This document shows, piece by piece, positions 28,168 to 42,765 of a DNA stretch of 64,000 bases. The notes below the pieces were generated by a model. The model saw nothing but the letters and a program-made list of their open reading frames with translations, did not search any database and was not told the origin of the DNA. The position numbers and the translations under genes were made by a program. Source of the stretch: Octopus vulgaris (lineage: Eukaryota); contig OX597837.1 in assembly GCA_951406725.2 (NCBI GenBank), forward strand, positions 2,418,001 through 2,482,000, written 5' to 3'. Numbering within the stretch: position 1 is the stretch's first letter; the number at the start of each line of letters is the position of its first letter.

Positions 28168-28990
28168 CATAACTACATGTACGTACGTATGTATGAATAT
28201 CGCTTTCCTCACGCGGTCTCTTAGCTTTCATTTTTGTCACCCGAACTATTTTGGTTGGGTTTTTTCTCCCCTACCTGCAATTAAGAGGCGTGTTGATATT
28301 GTTTCCAAGCAATTAAGTTATACGTACTTTCAGTGGGATTCTATGATGATTTTTTTTGTTTTGTTTCTCTTTCTTTTTTCTTTCTTTCTTTCTTTCTTTC
28401 TGTTTTAATATTTCTAAATAAAAGAAGGAAACACGTTTTTGCCTGCTTTATGAGACTCCATCGTTAAATGAAATAATGTTATTTTCATTGCTATTAAGTT
28501 TTTTCGCATTTTCTTTCATCGCGGAAATTTCTGTTTAAATATTAGCATAACAACAGCGATAACAACAACAACAGCAACAATAAATTCCAATACATCGAAA
28601 ACAATTAACAAGACAACCAACAAGAAATATGACACAAAATTCAAAATAATTCGCAACAACATTATTTTACTTCACAATGTAATCTCATAAAATAGACAAA
28701 GTGAAAGCAAATGCACACGCACATACACATATCCACATATACATGAGCGCACATATACACGCATACACACACACACAAATACATAAAGATTCACACCGGC
28801 ACACTCACACGCATACACATATATATACATATATATACATATGTATACATATATATATATATATATACATGTATATACATATACATATATGTATATATAC
28901 ATATATGTGTAAACATATATATATATATGTGTGTGTGTGTGTGTCTATATAAATATATATATGCATATTTATATATATATGTATATACAT

Positions 28991-29101
<111 letters not shown>

Positions 29102-29778
29102 GTGAGAGAAAGAAAGAAAGTAAGACAAACCGTCAGTTTCAGTTTTAATAAAAAGATATATCCGCTGCATATATTGAGCACAGGTTCAAACCTTGTTCGA
29201 GGACTGAAATCAGAATGAATCACTGCAGTGAAACTGATGTTTTCACGATCGTCCCAGAACCACACTGTTTACCATTCGGGCCCAGGAAGACTGTGTTTGC
29301 CATCCAGGTGTAGGATTTTCCCAGACAGCACCGCTACCCACATGATCCAAGTCGACCGAAAGCGCAACAGCATTCATGGGTGGTCGAAAGTTTTCGGACG
29401 ATTTCGTTTCGGAAATTCTGGTTTCACAACTGATGACGGCAACCAGGCACAGTGACCCATGATCGTTGAGTAGTTGCCTCTGTTTCCCTGCCAAGCCTAG
29501 ACCTCTCGCAATTATATTGAACATTTTTATTAAAGTCATGTGAGTGAGAAAAAAGAAAATGGTGGAGGAGATCATTGAGCCTGGGTGACTTTTCGTGAAT
29601 TTTGTTGTGTCACTCCATGACACTATTGTCTAATATATTTTTTAATTTCTCACCACATTTTGGGAAAAGTTTCCAGAGGTAACACTATATTTCTGGTGTA
29701 GTTCTCACCAGAAATCTCTCTTGTTGAGGTTTTGAAATGGTTACCACGGTAAAAAAAAGTTTGTCTTTATTGAAGTTT

Positions 29779-29980
29779 ACGAGGTCTAACCGAAAGTATC
29801 GGGGCAATTGTTATGGTAACGGATCTAAAGTATGCAGAGTGAAACCGCTTGGTATAGATTGACCTTGAACTCTAGTGCATGAACACTAATCTAGAATGTT
29901 CTTGCTCACTTCCGTTGTTTATAGCAGTGTTTGAAAGTAAAGTGTGTAGAGTGTGGTCATCTCGAAAACAAGCCTGAGCT
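29779..29980. mobile_element. Possible mariner-type terminal remnant
   Basis: Begins TA|CGAGGTCTAACCGAAAGTATC, resembling mariner TIR starts; partner TIR not found. Confidence 0.35.
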
Positions 29981-30539
29981 CCAGCTGCGCAGGATTTCTT
30001 TGATTGTGTCGAAGAAAATGAAAACATTTTGAAAATTGTCTCAGGAGGAATTCCTGGAATGCTTCCATCAATGGGAACGACGCTGGGGAGTGTGTACGGC
30101 TTCAAAAGAGAACTACTTCGGGGGAGATTAATTGCCGAATTGAAATGTGTCGCGGTGTTCTTTTTAGGGCGAGCACCAGTTCCGATACTTTTTGACCCGA
30201 CAAACACCACGGAGTTTTCCTTTTTCCGGAAAACTGTGTCATTGAGAAGTTTGCCGGAAAGTTGTTGTTTGCTGTTCGCTCCGTTCTCTATATTGCTACA
30301 GTTAATGATGTTTCCTTTCTTCGTCTGAGTGAACGTGGAATGAGGGCTGGCTTTTGTTTCGGAAAGCATAACGGAAAATTCATCGAAAGGAAGCAGATTT
30401 GTTCTTCTGTGAAGTTGACAAAACTTTGAAACCGAATATGTCTCAGTGTCGATAAAAATCTGGAAACTTCTTAAATTTTAGAGAGGAAAGTTTGAGGAGA
30501 TAGCATTTCCTGTCAACAACAAAAACAACCACAAGAATA

Positions 30540-30973
30540 ATAATCTTTTCTACTATAGAACAAGGCCTGAAATTTGGGGTGGGGAGGGACTGGTCGATAA
30601 CATCGAGCCCCAACCGTTTCACTGATTCTTGATTTATCGACCTCAAAAGGATGAAAGGTAAAGTCGACCTTGGCAGAATTTGAACTCAGAACGTAACAAC
30701 GGGCGAAATACCACTAAGCATCTCGCCTATGATAACGATTCTGCCAGCTCGCCGCCTTATCAATAATAATAATAATAGTTTCAAATTTTGCCACAAGGGC
30801 AGCCATTTTGGGGGAGATGAATCGGTTATATCTGATGCTTTATTTTATCGACCCCGAAAGGATGAAAGGCGAAGTCGACATCGGCGGAATTTGAACTCAG
30901 AATGTAACGACGGGCGAAATACCGCTTAGCATTTCGTCCGGTGCGCAAACGATTCTGCCAACTTTCCGCCTTA

Positions 30974-31032
<59 letters not shown>

Positions 31033-31271
31033 CCTTTCTACTATAGGCACAAGGCCTGAAATTTTGGGGGAAGGGATTGATCGATTACATCGACCCCAGT
31101 CTTTCACTGGTACTTAATTCATCGACCCTGAAAGGATGAAAGGCAAAGTCGACCTCGGTGGAATTTGAACTCAGTACTTAGCGACGGGCGATATACCGCG
31201 AAGCATTTCGCCGGGCGCGCTTACGATTCTGTCAGCTCGCCGCCTTAAATAACAACAACAACAACAACAAC

Positions 31272-31333
<62 letters not shown>

Positions 31334-31620
31334 TGATAATGATAATAATAATCCTGAATTTGGTTGGGAGATGGTTAGACGATTGCACCGACCGCAGTGT
31401 TCGATCGAAGGCGAGATGGCAAGATGGTTAGAACGCCAGGCAGCAGTGAGTCGTCTGTATTTATGTTCTGAGTTCAAATTCCGCTCAAGTCGACTTTGCC
31501 TTTTATCCTTCCGGGTCGATAAAATAAGTACCAGTTAACACTGGGGAGTGGGGGTCGATGTAATCGACTTATCCACTCACCAAGAATTTCAGGCCTTCTG
31601 CCTAGAGCAGAGAGAATTCT
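30540..31620. mobile_element. Cluster of SINE family A: three head-to-tail minus copies and one plus copy, separated by (AAT)n
   Basis: AAGGATGAAAGG..AAGTCGAC.T.GG..GAATTTGAACTCAG at 30648, 30858 and 31132; reverse complement near 31470. Confidence 0.88.
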
Positions 31621-31928
31621 TGTAATATTCCTTGCATAACTATTGTTAATACTACTACTACTACATGTCTCTCTTACAACAATTTAATCTCTATTAATTT
31701 CTCATACCCCTCTCCCCTTCTCTCTTTCTTTCTCTCTCCTCCCTTTCTATCTCCATCTCTATCTCTCTCTCCCTCTGTATCACCTTCTGGAAGCATCTAT
31801 ACACACATACATATATAGATGTGTGTGTGTGTATGTATGTATATGTATCCTCTCTTATTGTTTACACATTTTCCATCTCTCTCTCTATCTATATATCTAT
31901 CTCTCCTCTCTATTACTTCTTTCCCTCT

Positions 31929-31985
<57 letters not shown>

Positions 31986-32611
31986 TCTCCATGTCTTGCA
32001 ACCCATCACCATTCCACCATTCCATCGTTCCGCCGTTCCGCCGTTCCAACCCTCCCGCCAACCTCACTCCCGCAATAATAAAGCGACGTGCACAGATTTC
32101 TAATAAATCCCTCGCAGAATCGTTAAAATGGATTCAATCCATGATAAAACCATTTTCAAATCAATCAACGCTTGAAAAACTATACTTAAAACAAATAATC
32201 TTTAAGCTTCGCCTGCGTTTTATATATTTTACAACGGTATTTCATCTCTAGTTCTTTCCTGTTTACACACACTCTTCCAACCATCCACCCACACATACAC
32301 ACATGTATACACACACTTATATATGCGTATGTTCACGGATGTGTAAATACATAGACTAATATATATGTATGTGTGTATTTGGATTTGCATGCGTGCATAG
32401 CATTAATATACCATCGTTGTGTTTGCTCGCACATATGTGTGCGTGTGTGTGTGTGTGTGTGTGTACATTTATATGTACATGTCTGTGTATATATGTATGT
32501 ATATGCATGTATCTATACATTTATTCATCATCATCATCATCATCATTATTATTGTTGTTGTTGTTATTATTATTATTATTATCATTATTATTATTATTAT
32601 TATTATTATTA

Positions 32612-32730
32612 CAGCGGCAAGCTAGCAGAATCGCTAGCACACTGGGTGAAATTCTTTGTGGTATTTCGTCCATTTTCACGTTTTAAGTTCAAATTCCGCC
32701 GAGGTCGACTTTGCCTTTCATCCTTTTGGT
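32612..32730 (+). mobile_element. SINE family A 5' half, truncated by the HHR element
   Basis: AAGTTCAAATTCCGCCGAGGTCGACTTTGCCTTTCATCC. Confidence 0.8.
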
Positions 32731-32784
32731 ATTATTTACATTATTTACATTCGACAGATAATTGTCCTCATCTTGTTTGTTTTT

Positions 32785-32830
32785 AACACAACGTTTCGGC
32801 TGATATACCCGCCAGCCTTCGTCAGGTTTT
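32785..32830 (-). ncRNA. Minimal type-I HHR of the SINE-HHR family, intact core
   Basis: AAAAC-CTGACGA-A-GGCTG-GCGGGTATAT-CAGCC-GAAAC-GTT-GTGTT. Confidence 0.82.
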
Positions 32831-32931
32831 CTTGGGGAAATTTCGAACCTGGGTTCTCATTCCTAAGGTATATTTTATGTTATTATTATTATTATTGTTG
32901 TTGATAATAATAATAATAATGATAATAATGA

Positions 32932-33018
<87 letters not shown>

Positions 33019-33020
<2 letters not shown>

Positions 33021-33574
33021 GCCCTGATGCAGTACCAGGCAGTGGCTCTCATGGCTTCTGATCTTAATTGATTGGAAGTGTTATCATGTACATTGTTTTG
33101 TCTTGGTATAAAAGATGGGCTACATCAAATATTCTGCTCAATGCCACAGATTTGCTTGTCAGTTGTTTGACCTTAACCAGTTGAGCATGTCCCTTAGTGG
33201 CTGACGATATGTGCATCTCTGATCACGAGCAGAAGTAGTGGGGGAGCATCATAGCCATGTGTTGAGAAGGATTCTTTGGGGTTTGAATAATTCACCTCTG
33301 GAAACATGGGTGTTTCGTTCAACGTCCTTAAACAACCCTTATTCAGGGACCTTTTGAGCGGGATGGGTTACTCGATCTGAATAAAATTCTAACTGGGCTC
33401 CACCTGCAAGGTCATGTGCTGTTTATCTTGATATGAGATCACCATGTCGCGCACATATGGTTGTGATGCATGTGCCTGGTGTACCTTTATCAGACGGGTA
33501 GTCATGATGGGTATACTGGGCTTCGTATATTTTACCCCAGTGTCACTTTGATGGCATGCTCTGCTCGCTCACTC
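33019..33574 (+). mobile_element. ~555-bp TAA-targeting non-coding element (copy 2)
   Basis: Reverse complement of 1231-1786 with few substitutions; (TAA)n on both sides. Confidence 0.85.
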
Positions 33575-33636
<62 letters not shown>

Positions 33637-33694
33637 CAACAACAACATCGAAAAGTACCTTAGGAATGAGAACCCGGGTTCGAAATTTCTCCAA

Positions 33695-33740
33695 GACACC
33701 TGATGAAGGCTGGAGGGTATATCAGCCGAAACGTTGTTTT
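33695..33740 (+). ncRNA. Minimal type-I HHR of the SINE-HHR family, canonical core
   Basis: GACAC-CTGATGA-A-GGCTG-GAGGGTATAT-CAGCC-GAAAC-GTT-GTTTT. Confidence 0.85.
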
Positions 33741-34409
33741 AACAACAAACAAGATGAGGACAAATATCCGCCGAATGTAAATAATGTAAATGATTCCTCA
33801 TTTTTTAAATATAGAACTGTATTATTAATATTGTTGCTGTTGGCGCTTTTGTCATTGTTTAGTTCTTAGGTTTCGTATTAGTTGTTTTTCTGTGAGCGTT
33901 AGTTGTAATACAGATGTAACAGAGGATGATGATGAGGAGGAGGAGGATGACGACGACGATGGAGGAGGAGGATGGCGATGAGTATGATGATGTATCTGAA
34001 TATGATGAAGATTACAAAGATGATGATGGAGGTGAGGTTGCTGATGAGGACGACGACAACGACGATGAGCGCGATGGCGACGATGGTGATGATGGTTTTC
34101 AATCTACATTCTGTCTCACTCTTTTACTTCTAATATATTTCTAGTTATTATCATTCTTGTTTCTGTGGCTATTTTTGGTTGTTACTATTTTTTGTGTTGT
34201 AGTTGTCGTTTCTTGTTGTTGCTGTTGTTGTTGTTGTTGTTGTTGTTGCTGTTGTTGTTGTTGTTGTTCTTGTTCTTGTTGTTGTTGTTGCTGTTGTTAT
34301 AATGCTGCAGCGGGAATCTCATCTGACTAGACAATAAGAGATTGAACAGAGTTGTTTATCGTTGTCTTCCAAATTTTTGCCAGACACATTTGCACACCAT
34401 TTCCACACT

Positions 34410-34485
<76 letters not shown>

Positions 34486-34556
34486 TGTGTGTGCATGTGT
34501 GTGTGTGCATATACCCACACACACACACTCCATAATCGTTAGTAGCTCATATGAAG

Positions 34557-34681
<125 letters not shown>

Positions 34682-35809
34682 TTGGTTGCACAGACAAGAA
34701 TAATAGAATGCTAGACTTGAAAAGTATATATTTTAATCTGGAGCAAACTAAGGAAAGTGATTCCAAAGTTAGGAACTTCATACAACATGCTAATCTCTTT
34801 CATCTTTGTAACTTCTCTCTCTCTCTCTCTCTTTATATATATAATATATATATATGTATATATATACCTATGTACATACATGCATATATTATATATATAT
34901 ATGTGTGTGTGTATATACATGCATATACACACATATATATATACATATATAAATATATATATGCGTATATGTATATAAGTATGGATGTATGTATGTATGT
35001 TGTGTAGACTGAATATATGTATGTGCCTACATCTGTGACAATGCCTTGCTGTCTACGATCTTTATTATCTTTCTATCAGCTTCTTCCATAATCATGATAT
35101 TCCCGTTCGTCTACAGAGTTTTCCAAAAGTTTACGACTCACTTCTGAAAGTGTCACACAAAATGAAAGAGAATCCATCAAAATAGAAGCAACTTGTGTTC
35201 TAAACGTAACGCAAACCTTTCAATATTTATAACATTTCCTCTCTTCATCACCATATTGCTAATTTCCATTATTTCGTCTTGATAATTTCCTTATCAATCC
35301 GACAACAATCATATTTATGAATGTTATAAAATGGCCGCCAAGATGAAGAAACGTCGTGTCAGAAATGGCGATCGGTGACGATAAAATAAGTTACAAGGCT
35401 TGTTGCGAAGACAATCATTATTCCTGTTGATTATGAAATCATTAATTTAGTTACGTGTTGTTCGGACGAACCTCATTAATAACGCAAAAGATTCATTAAA
35501 AAATTATCTCTATTACACATTTTCTCTTTTATATATGAAGACATAGTCGGTCGTAGTAGTAGTGGTGGCTGTGGTAATTGTGGCAGTGGTGGGGGGGGTT
35601 TATTAGCTATTTAATATGACACTACGTCGTGTCTTACTAAATAGCTGTGTGTGTGAATGCATGTCTATATATACACATAAATACAGTATATACACAGTGA
35701 GTTAGTGAGATCTAAATAAGCTCAGTATGGATAACTGAATGAATATTTGTTTCTCTGTTTTACGACTTAGAAATGTATGAATACATATATATTCTATCAC
35801 TCAGAGATT

Positions 35810-36110
35810 TCTTTCAGTCATTTGACAGCGGTCATACTGGAGCACTGCCTTGACGCGTCTTCCTCGAACAATTTGACCCCACGACTTGTTTCTTCCTCTA
35901 GTACTAATTCTAACGGGCTCTTTTGCCGAACCGCTAAGTTACGATTATGTAAACACACCAACAACGGTTGTCAAGCGATAATGGGGACAAACACAGACAC
36001 AAAGACACACACACATACTCATACACTCATACACACACATATACGACGAGCTTCTTTCAGTTTCCGTCCACCGAGACCTCTCACAGTGCTTCTTATCACA
36101 CAGCCACGCC
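35810..36110 (-). mobile_element. SINE family B, degenerate
   Basis: Collinear with 17765-18160. Confidence 0.75.
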
Positions 36111-36649
36111 TATAAATATATGTATGCATATATATATCTGTGTGTATGTCTGTGTACATACGCATACACATGAGCACATTCGTATGTGCATGTATATATA
36201 TAACCATGGATGTACTGTGTGTGTATACTATATATATATATATAAATACATGTGTGTGCGCGTGCGTGTGTGCGCGTGCGTGTGTGCGCGTGCGTGCGTG
36301 TGTGCGCGTGCGTGCGTGTGTGCGCGTGCGTGCGTGTGTGCGCGTGCGTGCGTGTGTGCGTATGATGGATTGACAGAATACATGTTTTTAGTGATGTTAG
36401 TCTCGAGTGTCTTCGCGTTGCGGTCGAATCCTCGTGAGGAAGCTCGACTCTGCGCTCCATCGTTTTGCGGTCAACAAATAAAACAGCCGAGCCCCGAAAA
36501 TCCGAATTTCTTCGCTATCTCCACTCCTTTCTCTCGTTCTCTCTCTTGCACGTTCCCTCTCTTATCTTATCTTATCTTTCTTCACCCTCCCTCTCTCTCA
36601 CCATATTATCTTTCTCTCTCTCACTCTCTCTCTCTTCCCAGTATAGACA

Positions 36650-37215
36650 AAGAGCTAGCCGAATCGTTAGCACGTCGGGCAAAATGCTGTATTCCGTCTG
36701 TCTTTACGTCGTGAGTTCAAATCCTGCCGAGACCGACTTTGCCTTTCATTCCTTCATGGTCGATGAAATAACTAGCAGTTGCGTACTGAGGTCGATATAA
36801 TCGACTAGCCCCTCCACCAAAATTTCAGGCCTTGTACCTTTAGTAGATACGATTATTATTATTGTTAAGAGGAATTGGCAGGATCGTCCTGCTCATTACG
36901 CTGTGAGTTCAAATTCCGCTAAGATCAACTTTGCCATTCGGGATCGATAAAATAAATACCAGTTGAACACAAGGGTCAATACAGTCAACTCCCCTCCACA
37001 CCAAAAACATTACTGGCCCTGTTCCAAAATATGAAATTCCGGGGGGAGGGAGTTAGTCTATACACTTTTTCACGGTATTTAATTGGTATTTAATTGACCC
37101 CAGAAACATAAAAGGCAAATTTTACGCTGGTAAGATTCGAACTTAACTCGTACAGAGCTAGAACAAGACACAGTCTATTTTCCCCTTCGCTCTTCAAAAA
37201 AAAAAACTGCCACTT
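36650..37215. mobile_element. SINE family A cluster (two plus copies, one minus copy)
   Basis: GAGTTCAAAT(C/T)C motifs near 36713 and 36905; reverse remnant 37040-37215. Confidence 0.75.
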
Positions 37216-38659
37216 CACCATTTTTAGCAGTGATTTATTTTATTTTATAATTATTTCAATACACTTAAGATGAGGAAGAAAAGAAGAGGGTGTTGCGTGG
37301 GTGTAGAAGGATCTTACAGGAAAATGTGTGAATATATATGTAAATATGTTTGTATGTGTAATTGTAGATATAAATGTGTTTGTCTATATGAATATATGTA
37401 TGTATAAATTTGTATGCATTTACATATGTATGCACGTCCGTTTGGATGTAAGAATGTGTGTATATATATGTGAGTGTGTGTGCGCGTGTACATATATATA
37501 TGCATATATTCAAATGCATGTATGTGTGTAAGTCTATATGTATGTCTACGTATGTATGTATAGTAATGCGTGTGTCTGTCTATGTGTATATGTATGTGTA
37601 TGTTGGTGTGTATGTCTATATTTTTGCATGTATGAGTGCGTATTGCTTTATGTGTGATTTTCTCATTGTGTGTATCTGTGTGTATGTGAGTGTGCGTGTG
37701 TGTGTGTGTGTGTGCGTACGCGCGTTTGTGTAAGTGTATAAATGTGTGTCTGGTGGTGAAAGGACAGCTGGGAATTCGGAATGAATTTACGAGGCTATTA
37801 CACTGTTCACTACATTAACGTTAAATCTCTTTGACTAAGTCTCTTGAAGGAGATTTCTATTAGAGTATGACCACCGCGACCACCACTACCAATAAAACTA
37901 CTACCACCATCACCAAGACAGCAACTACCACCATAGCTACCTCCACTATCAATATAACAATAACCACCGCCACTACCACCACCATCACATCAGCCAGCAC
38001 CAACTACTTGCAACCAACAATAACTTTCTAAGATGGTGCGCCGCCCCATTGGCGGTTGAGTGAGAGTTTCTTAACGAAACTTTCCCAAACGGTGAATAGG
38101 AAGCGGCTACATTAAAGACGGATTCTAATGTACAAAAGTTGAGGACTTCAATGAGCTCAAGGAAAAACAATACGCCAAGTCATGTCGAACATTGATGAGG
38201 GAATACTCCAAAGCAAATGGTTAGAAAATAGAACATCGTCTGGGTGTGTTGCGTGCAGCCGATGGAACTCACGTGTCCTGATAGTTTTAATAACATTTTA
38301 TTTGTTATTTGCCCATGTTCTCCAGTAAACTCTGCTCAGTTATCCTCATTTTTTCTAACGTGCCTTGTCTTCTACCAGCAGTTTTCTAGCTCTGAGCACA
38401 TGGTTTGTTCTGTTTGAAAATCAAGACGCTGACTCACGTGATAACAAGACGAAGGTTGATGCAAAAAGTGGAATGAGAAAACAAAGGGTAAATATAAACG
38501 GATGGAGAAAGGAAAGAAAATTAAAGTTACGTCTCCTTTGACCGTGGGAATCATTATTAAGCTAACTGTTGAAGATTAATTCAACGCAGAGGAATCAAAG
38601 TCTGAGAGACAGTTTCTCTATCCAGAGCGGATGGTGCTCTTCTGTTGGACATAATAAAA

Positions 38660-39110
38660 TTGTGCATATATTTGCATTTGCTGAACATTTCAGATCGGAA
38701 TTAAGTAGTACGGTGGCGTTCTTAGATCTAAAATGAATGTGCGATGTTTCAACTACGCATAATTTGCATCTGCTAAAAATATTTACATATGGCATAGGTT
38801 TCTTCAGGATTCTCTACTTGGCTGTATGTGGTGTGCAGTTGGTCTTCAAACCCCATACGTAGCAAGCCAACTTAGTGGCTTCACTTTTATCGATGTCTCA
38901 AGGAAAAGACTGGTGGTTCGCACAACGTCTTTTATAATTGTCTTCGCATAAACCGATGTAAGTTTTCTTTTAAATATGTTGAAGCGTTGCTGTGACTTCT
39001 GTCTCGAAGGTAACAGAATTTATCATGGATGCCAGGTCAAGTGTGCAACCTTCAGAGTCTCGACGGTTACAACTGGGAATGAATTCTTGGTGAGGCTAGC
39101 AAGTGGCAAT
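38660..39110 (-). pseudogene. Penelope-like element GIY-YIG endonuclease C-terminal remnant
   Basis: Minus strand: CNRRDSEGCTLD...NSVTFETEVT...KTYIGLCEDNYKRRCANHQSF...ATKLACYVWGLK...RILKK.MPY.NIFSRCKLCVVE...LLN; matches the PLE pattern CNCR-CPL-YIG-NH-CxLC-LLN, with stops and frameshifts. Confidence 0.75.
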
Positions 39111-39205
39111 AACCTTCATATTGTTCTTCACACATACGCACATGTAGATATGTTTATGCATGTACACATTTATATATGCATATACATATATATTGATGTG
39201 TATAT

Positions 39206-39272
<67 letters not shown>

Positions 39273-39426
39273 TCCAGGAAGAGATGGATTGTCTCTTAAC
39301 CTTTGAGGAAATTTGTCCAGGTCTCGTTTGAAGGTTGATGGGATATTTTCCCTCTTTGATTTGCTTTAGGATAGTACACACACATAAACACACACACACA
39401 CTCAACACATACATACATATATACAC

Positions 39427-39475
<49 letters not shown>

Positions 39476-39483
39476 TAAAACAA

Positions 39484-39526
<43 letters not shown>

Positions 39527-39659
39527 GCAGGAGGCAAATGAATGCGTAGACGAATAACATTACAAGTTTATTTATTCATTCTTTACAGTGTTGCTGCAGT
39601 TATCCTTCCTAGTACCAGTAACATATCAGGGCTCTTGAGAAGATGAAGAAGGAGTAGCA

Positions 39660-40021
39660 GGAAAAAGAAAAAGAAGAAGAAGAAGAACAACAACAACAAC
39701 AAGAAGAAGAACAACAACAAGAACAAGAACAAGAACAAGAACAAGAAGAACAAGAAGAAGAACAAGAACAAGAAGAACAAGAACAAGAAGAACAAGAACA
39801 AGAACAATAACAACAACAACAACGGAGTGGAGGAAGAGGTAACAATAAAAAAAGGGGTTGAATGAACATAATAATTAACGAGTTGAAGAAGGAAATAATA
39901 AACATTTGAAAGAATCAATGAATAATGGAACGACTGAAACCAAACATCAGAAGGAAAATCAAAAGAAGCAATAATAATAACCAAAACAACAACAATAACA
40001 ACAACAACAACAACAATGATG

Positions 40022-40061
<40 letters not shown>

Positions 40062-40065
40062 TGAC
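39660..40065. repeat. (AAG/AAC/AAT)n compound microsatellite
   Basis: Direct observation. Confidence 0.9.
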
Positions 40066-40447
40066 AAAATAATGGTAATTGCTGAACAACAATACATAAG
40101 AACTGCTTTTCCAACTATATCAAAGTTTAAGTGTGAATCTGAAAGAAGCAGACGACAGTTTGAGGGGATTTTAAGGCGATAAAGCAGAAGAGATGAAGTT
40201 GCAAATTGGAGCAGATTAGTTTGGTAGAATTTGATGCCATGAAGAAATAGCTTGATAATAGCGTGGAATGGAATACAGATGATGTGGGATTCACAACAAC
40301 AATGTATGTTTAAATCTACGGATTTTAGAGCTGTTAATTCTGTAACAGATTTAATCGCCGTGTGAACAGCAGCTTCTTCACTGATGGCTGATGGCGGTTG
40401 GCTGTTGGTTTGCCGAGTAAAAATGGTTGGTATTTCTTTCTAAAGAC

Positions 40448-40551
<104 letters not shown>

Positions 40552-40737
40552 GTATGTTATATATATATATATATACACATATTTATGTTTGTATGTATGT
40601 ACGTATGTATACACAAACATACATACATATATATATATAGAAAGAGAGAAAAAATTGATAGATAAGAATGATAAAGTGAATAGCTATTCTACATATATGT
40701 GTGTGTGTATTTATGTATGTGTATATATGTATGTATG

Positions 40738-40797
<60 letters not shown>

Positions 40798-42728
40798 GCT
40801 CACATATGGTATATATGGACATATATATACTCGCATATGTATACATTTATATATGGACGTGTATATGTGTGCATGACTGTATGTATGTATATGTATGTGT
40901 GTGTGGATGTGTGTCTGCATTCATAGATGTATGTATTTGTATATTGCTTTAAAAAATGTTATCCCTCGCACATACTCACGCACGCACGCGCACACACACG
41001 CACATACACATACGGAGAGACACACATGCAAACGTATATATGTATATATACATATAATAGTTAAACAGGACCCCAGAAATCCGTTGCAGCACTACCTAGC
41101 ATACCTAATCGTTTCGATCACCTGTGAAGTGAACTGCCATACTTTGTATATATGCATAAATATAAAATAGAGAGAGATAAGAATGTGTATTTAAACCAAT
41201 ACCTTCTTCACTTATATACATCTACTCACACGTGCATATATGTGTATGCGTGTGTGGTGTGTGTGCGCGTTTGTGTGTGTGTGTATGCATTTGCAAATGT
41301 TTGTATTTGTGTGTATGTGAATTCTCTTGTTTCGTTTTTCATATAGCTTTCGCCGACTCCTCTGCTGCCACCACAGTGCAGAATCTCTGTGCTTTACTAC
41401 TATACACCTTTACCTACACTTCATTGAAAGCCTTCCCATTTCGTGTCATTCCCTTCCTCTCTCTTACGTATATTCTCTCTCTTTCTCTCCCTCGTTCTCT
41501 CTTCTTTTCTCTTTCCCACACTTTCTTAATTAATTGAAGCAGGAATACATAGCCATCTTCACTTGTTTCTAACTTTTTGTAGACACGAGTTCAAATTTTG
41601 GCTACGAACAATTTACTATATATTTAAATTGCCTTTGTATAAGTGTACGTGTGTGAGTGTATTTATATATGTGAGTATGCGTATGTGTATATGAATGTGT
41701 AGATGTATATGTGTGTAGTGACCATCGTCTCGTCTCTGTCTTTCAACTGTTTGCAGCTTTCGCCGGTCTTCTGTTTGCACCATAGTGCTGATTTCCTCTT
41801 TGATAATTCTACCCCTCTTTCTTCTCTTCAATGAAAACTTTGCCACTCTCCCCCCTCTCTCTCTCTCTCCCTCTCTCTCGCTCGTTCACTCTCTCCCTCT
41901 CTCTTTTTCTCTCTTTTTTCTCTCACTTTCCCTCTCTCTATTGCTATCTATCTCTGTTTAGTAAGGTAGCTTTTTAACAGTAGAATTAATAAGTCTGTTA
42001 AAACTACTGATTGCAAATGTATACAAGTGATTTAATTCAATTTAAGCGGGAAGCCAAATATATTTCACTTTGCTGTAAATTACATTTCATTTACCTATGC
42101 CATTCAAACAGGTGGAGTTGTTACATACATAGAGTTATCCAGAAATAAGATTCACTTTAGTCAACATAAATTCATTATGTCTAAAAACTTCGGGACCCTT
42201 ACAGAGAGAAAAAGATTATTATTGTTAAAACTCAGCAGGCTTATGGTCCCTACTGTAGCGTCAACGGGGATTCGTTTTACATGGAAGTCAGCAAAGCTCC
42301 AAATGCTATCTAAGGTCATTTGTCAAGAAGTTAGAAACAAGTGAAGATGGCTATGTATTTTACAGAGGAACGTTAAAAGAAGACGGTGGTTTCCAAACTT
42401 GATCGGACAGTATGAAATTAATGATAGATTGCTAGTTTCCAACTAAACGATTCCTGATATTCAATATATTTCTCTGAAATGCGACGAAGTGGCTTTCGAC
42501 AAATAAAACAACTGTCAAATAGGAATATCTTCCTTAGCCACTGACCGAAATATAGGTAAGTGGGGGATTAAGGAAGCCATTTTCATTTAGATTCATAAAG
42601 CAGAAATCAATATCAGAACCGAGTTGAATTGCAACCATTATCGCATGTATGTATGTATACATATATATGCATATATATGTGTGTATATATACATACGCAC
42701 GCGCACACGCATATACACACATACAAAC

Positions 42729-42765
<37 letters not shown>

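Noticed and set aside
33926-34144. Acidic D/E-rich ORF containing a FLAG-like DYKDDD string and CTGATGAG
   Set aside because: Degenerate GAT/GAC microsatellite; chance match; no stem II or GAAA for a ribozyme
35328-35375. YY1-like AAAATGGCCGCC motif
   Set aside because: Isolated short motif without other promoter evidence
38190-38225. TTGATGAGGGAATACTCCAAAGC possible HHR relic near the PLE remnant
   Set aside because: Too many core changes and on the opposite strand to the PLE remnant
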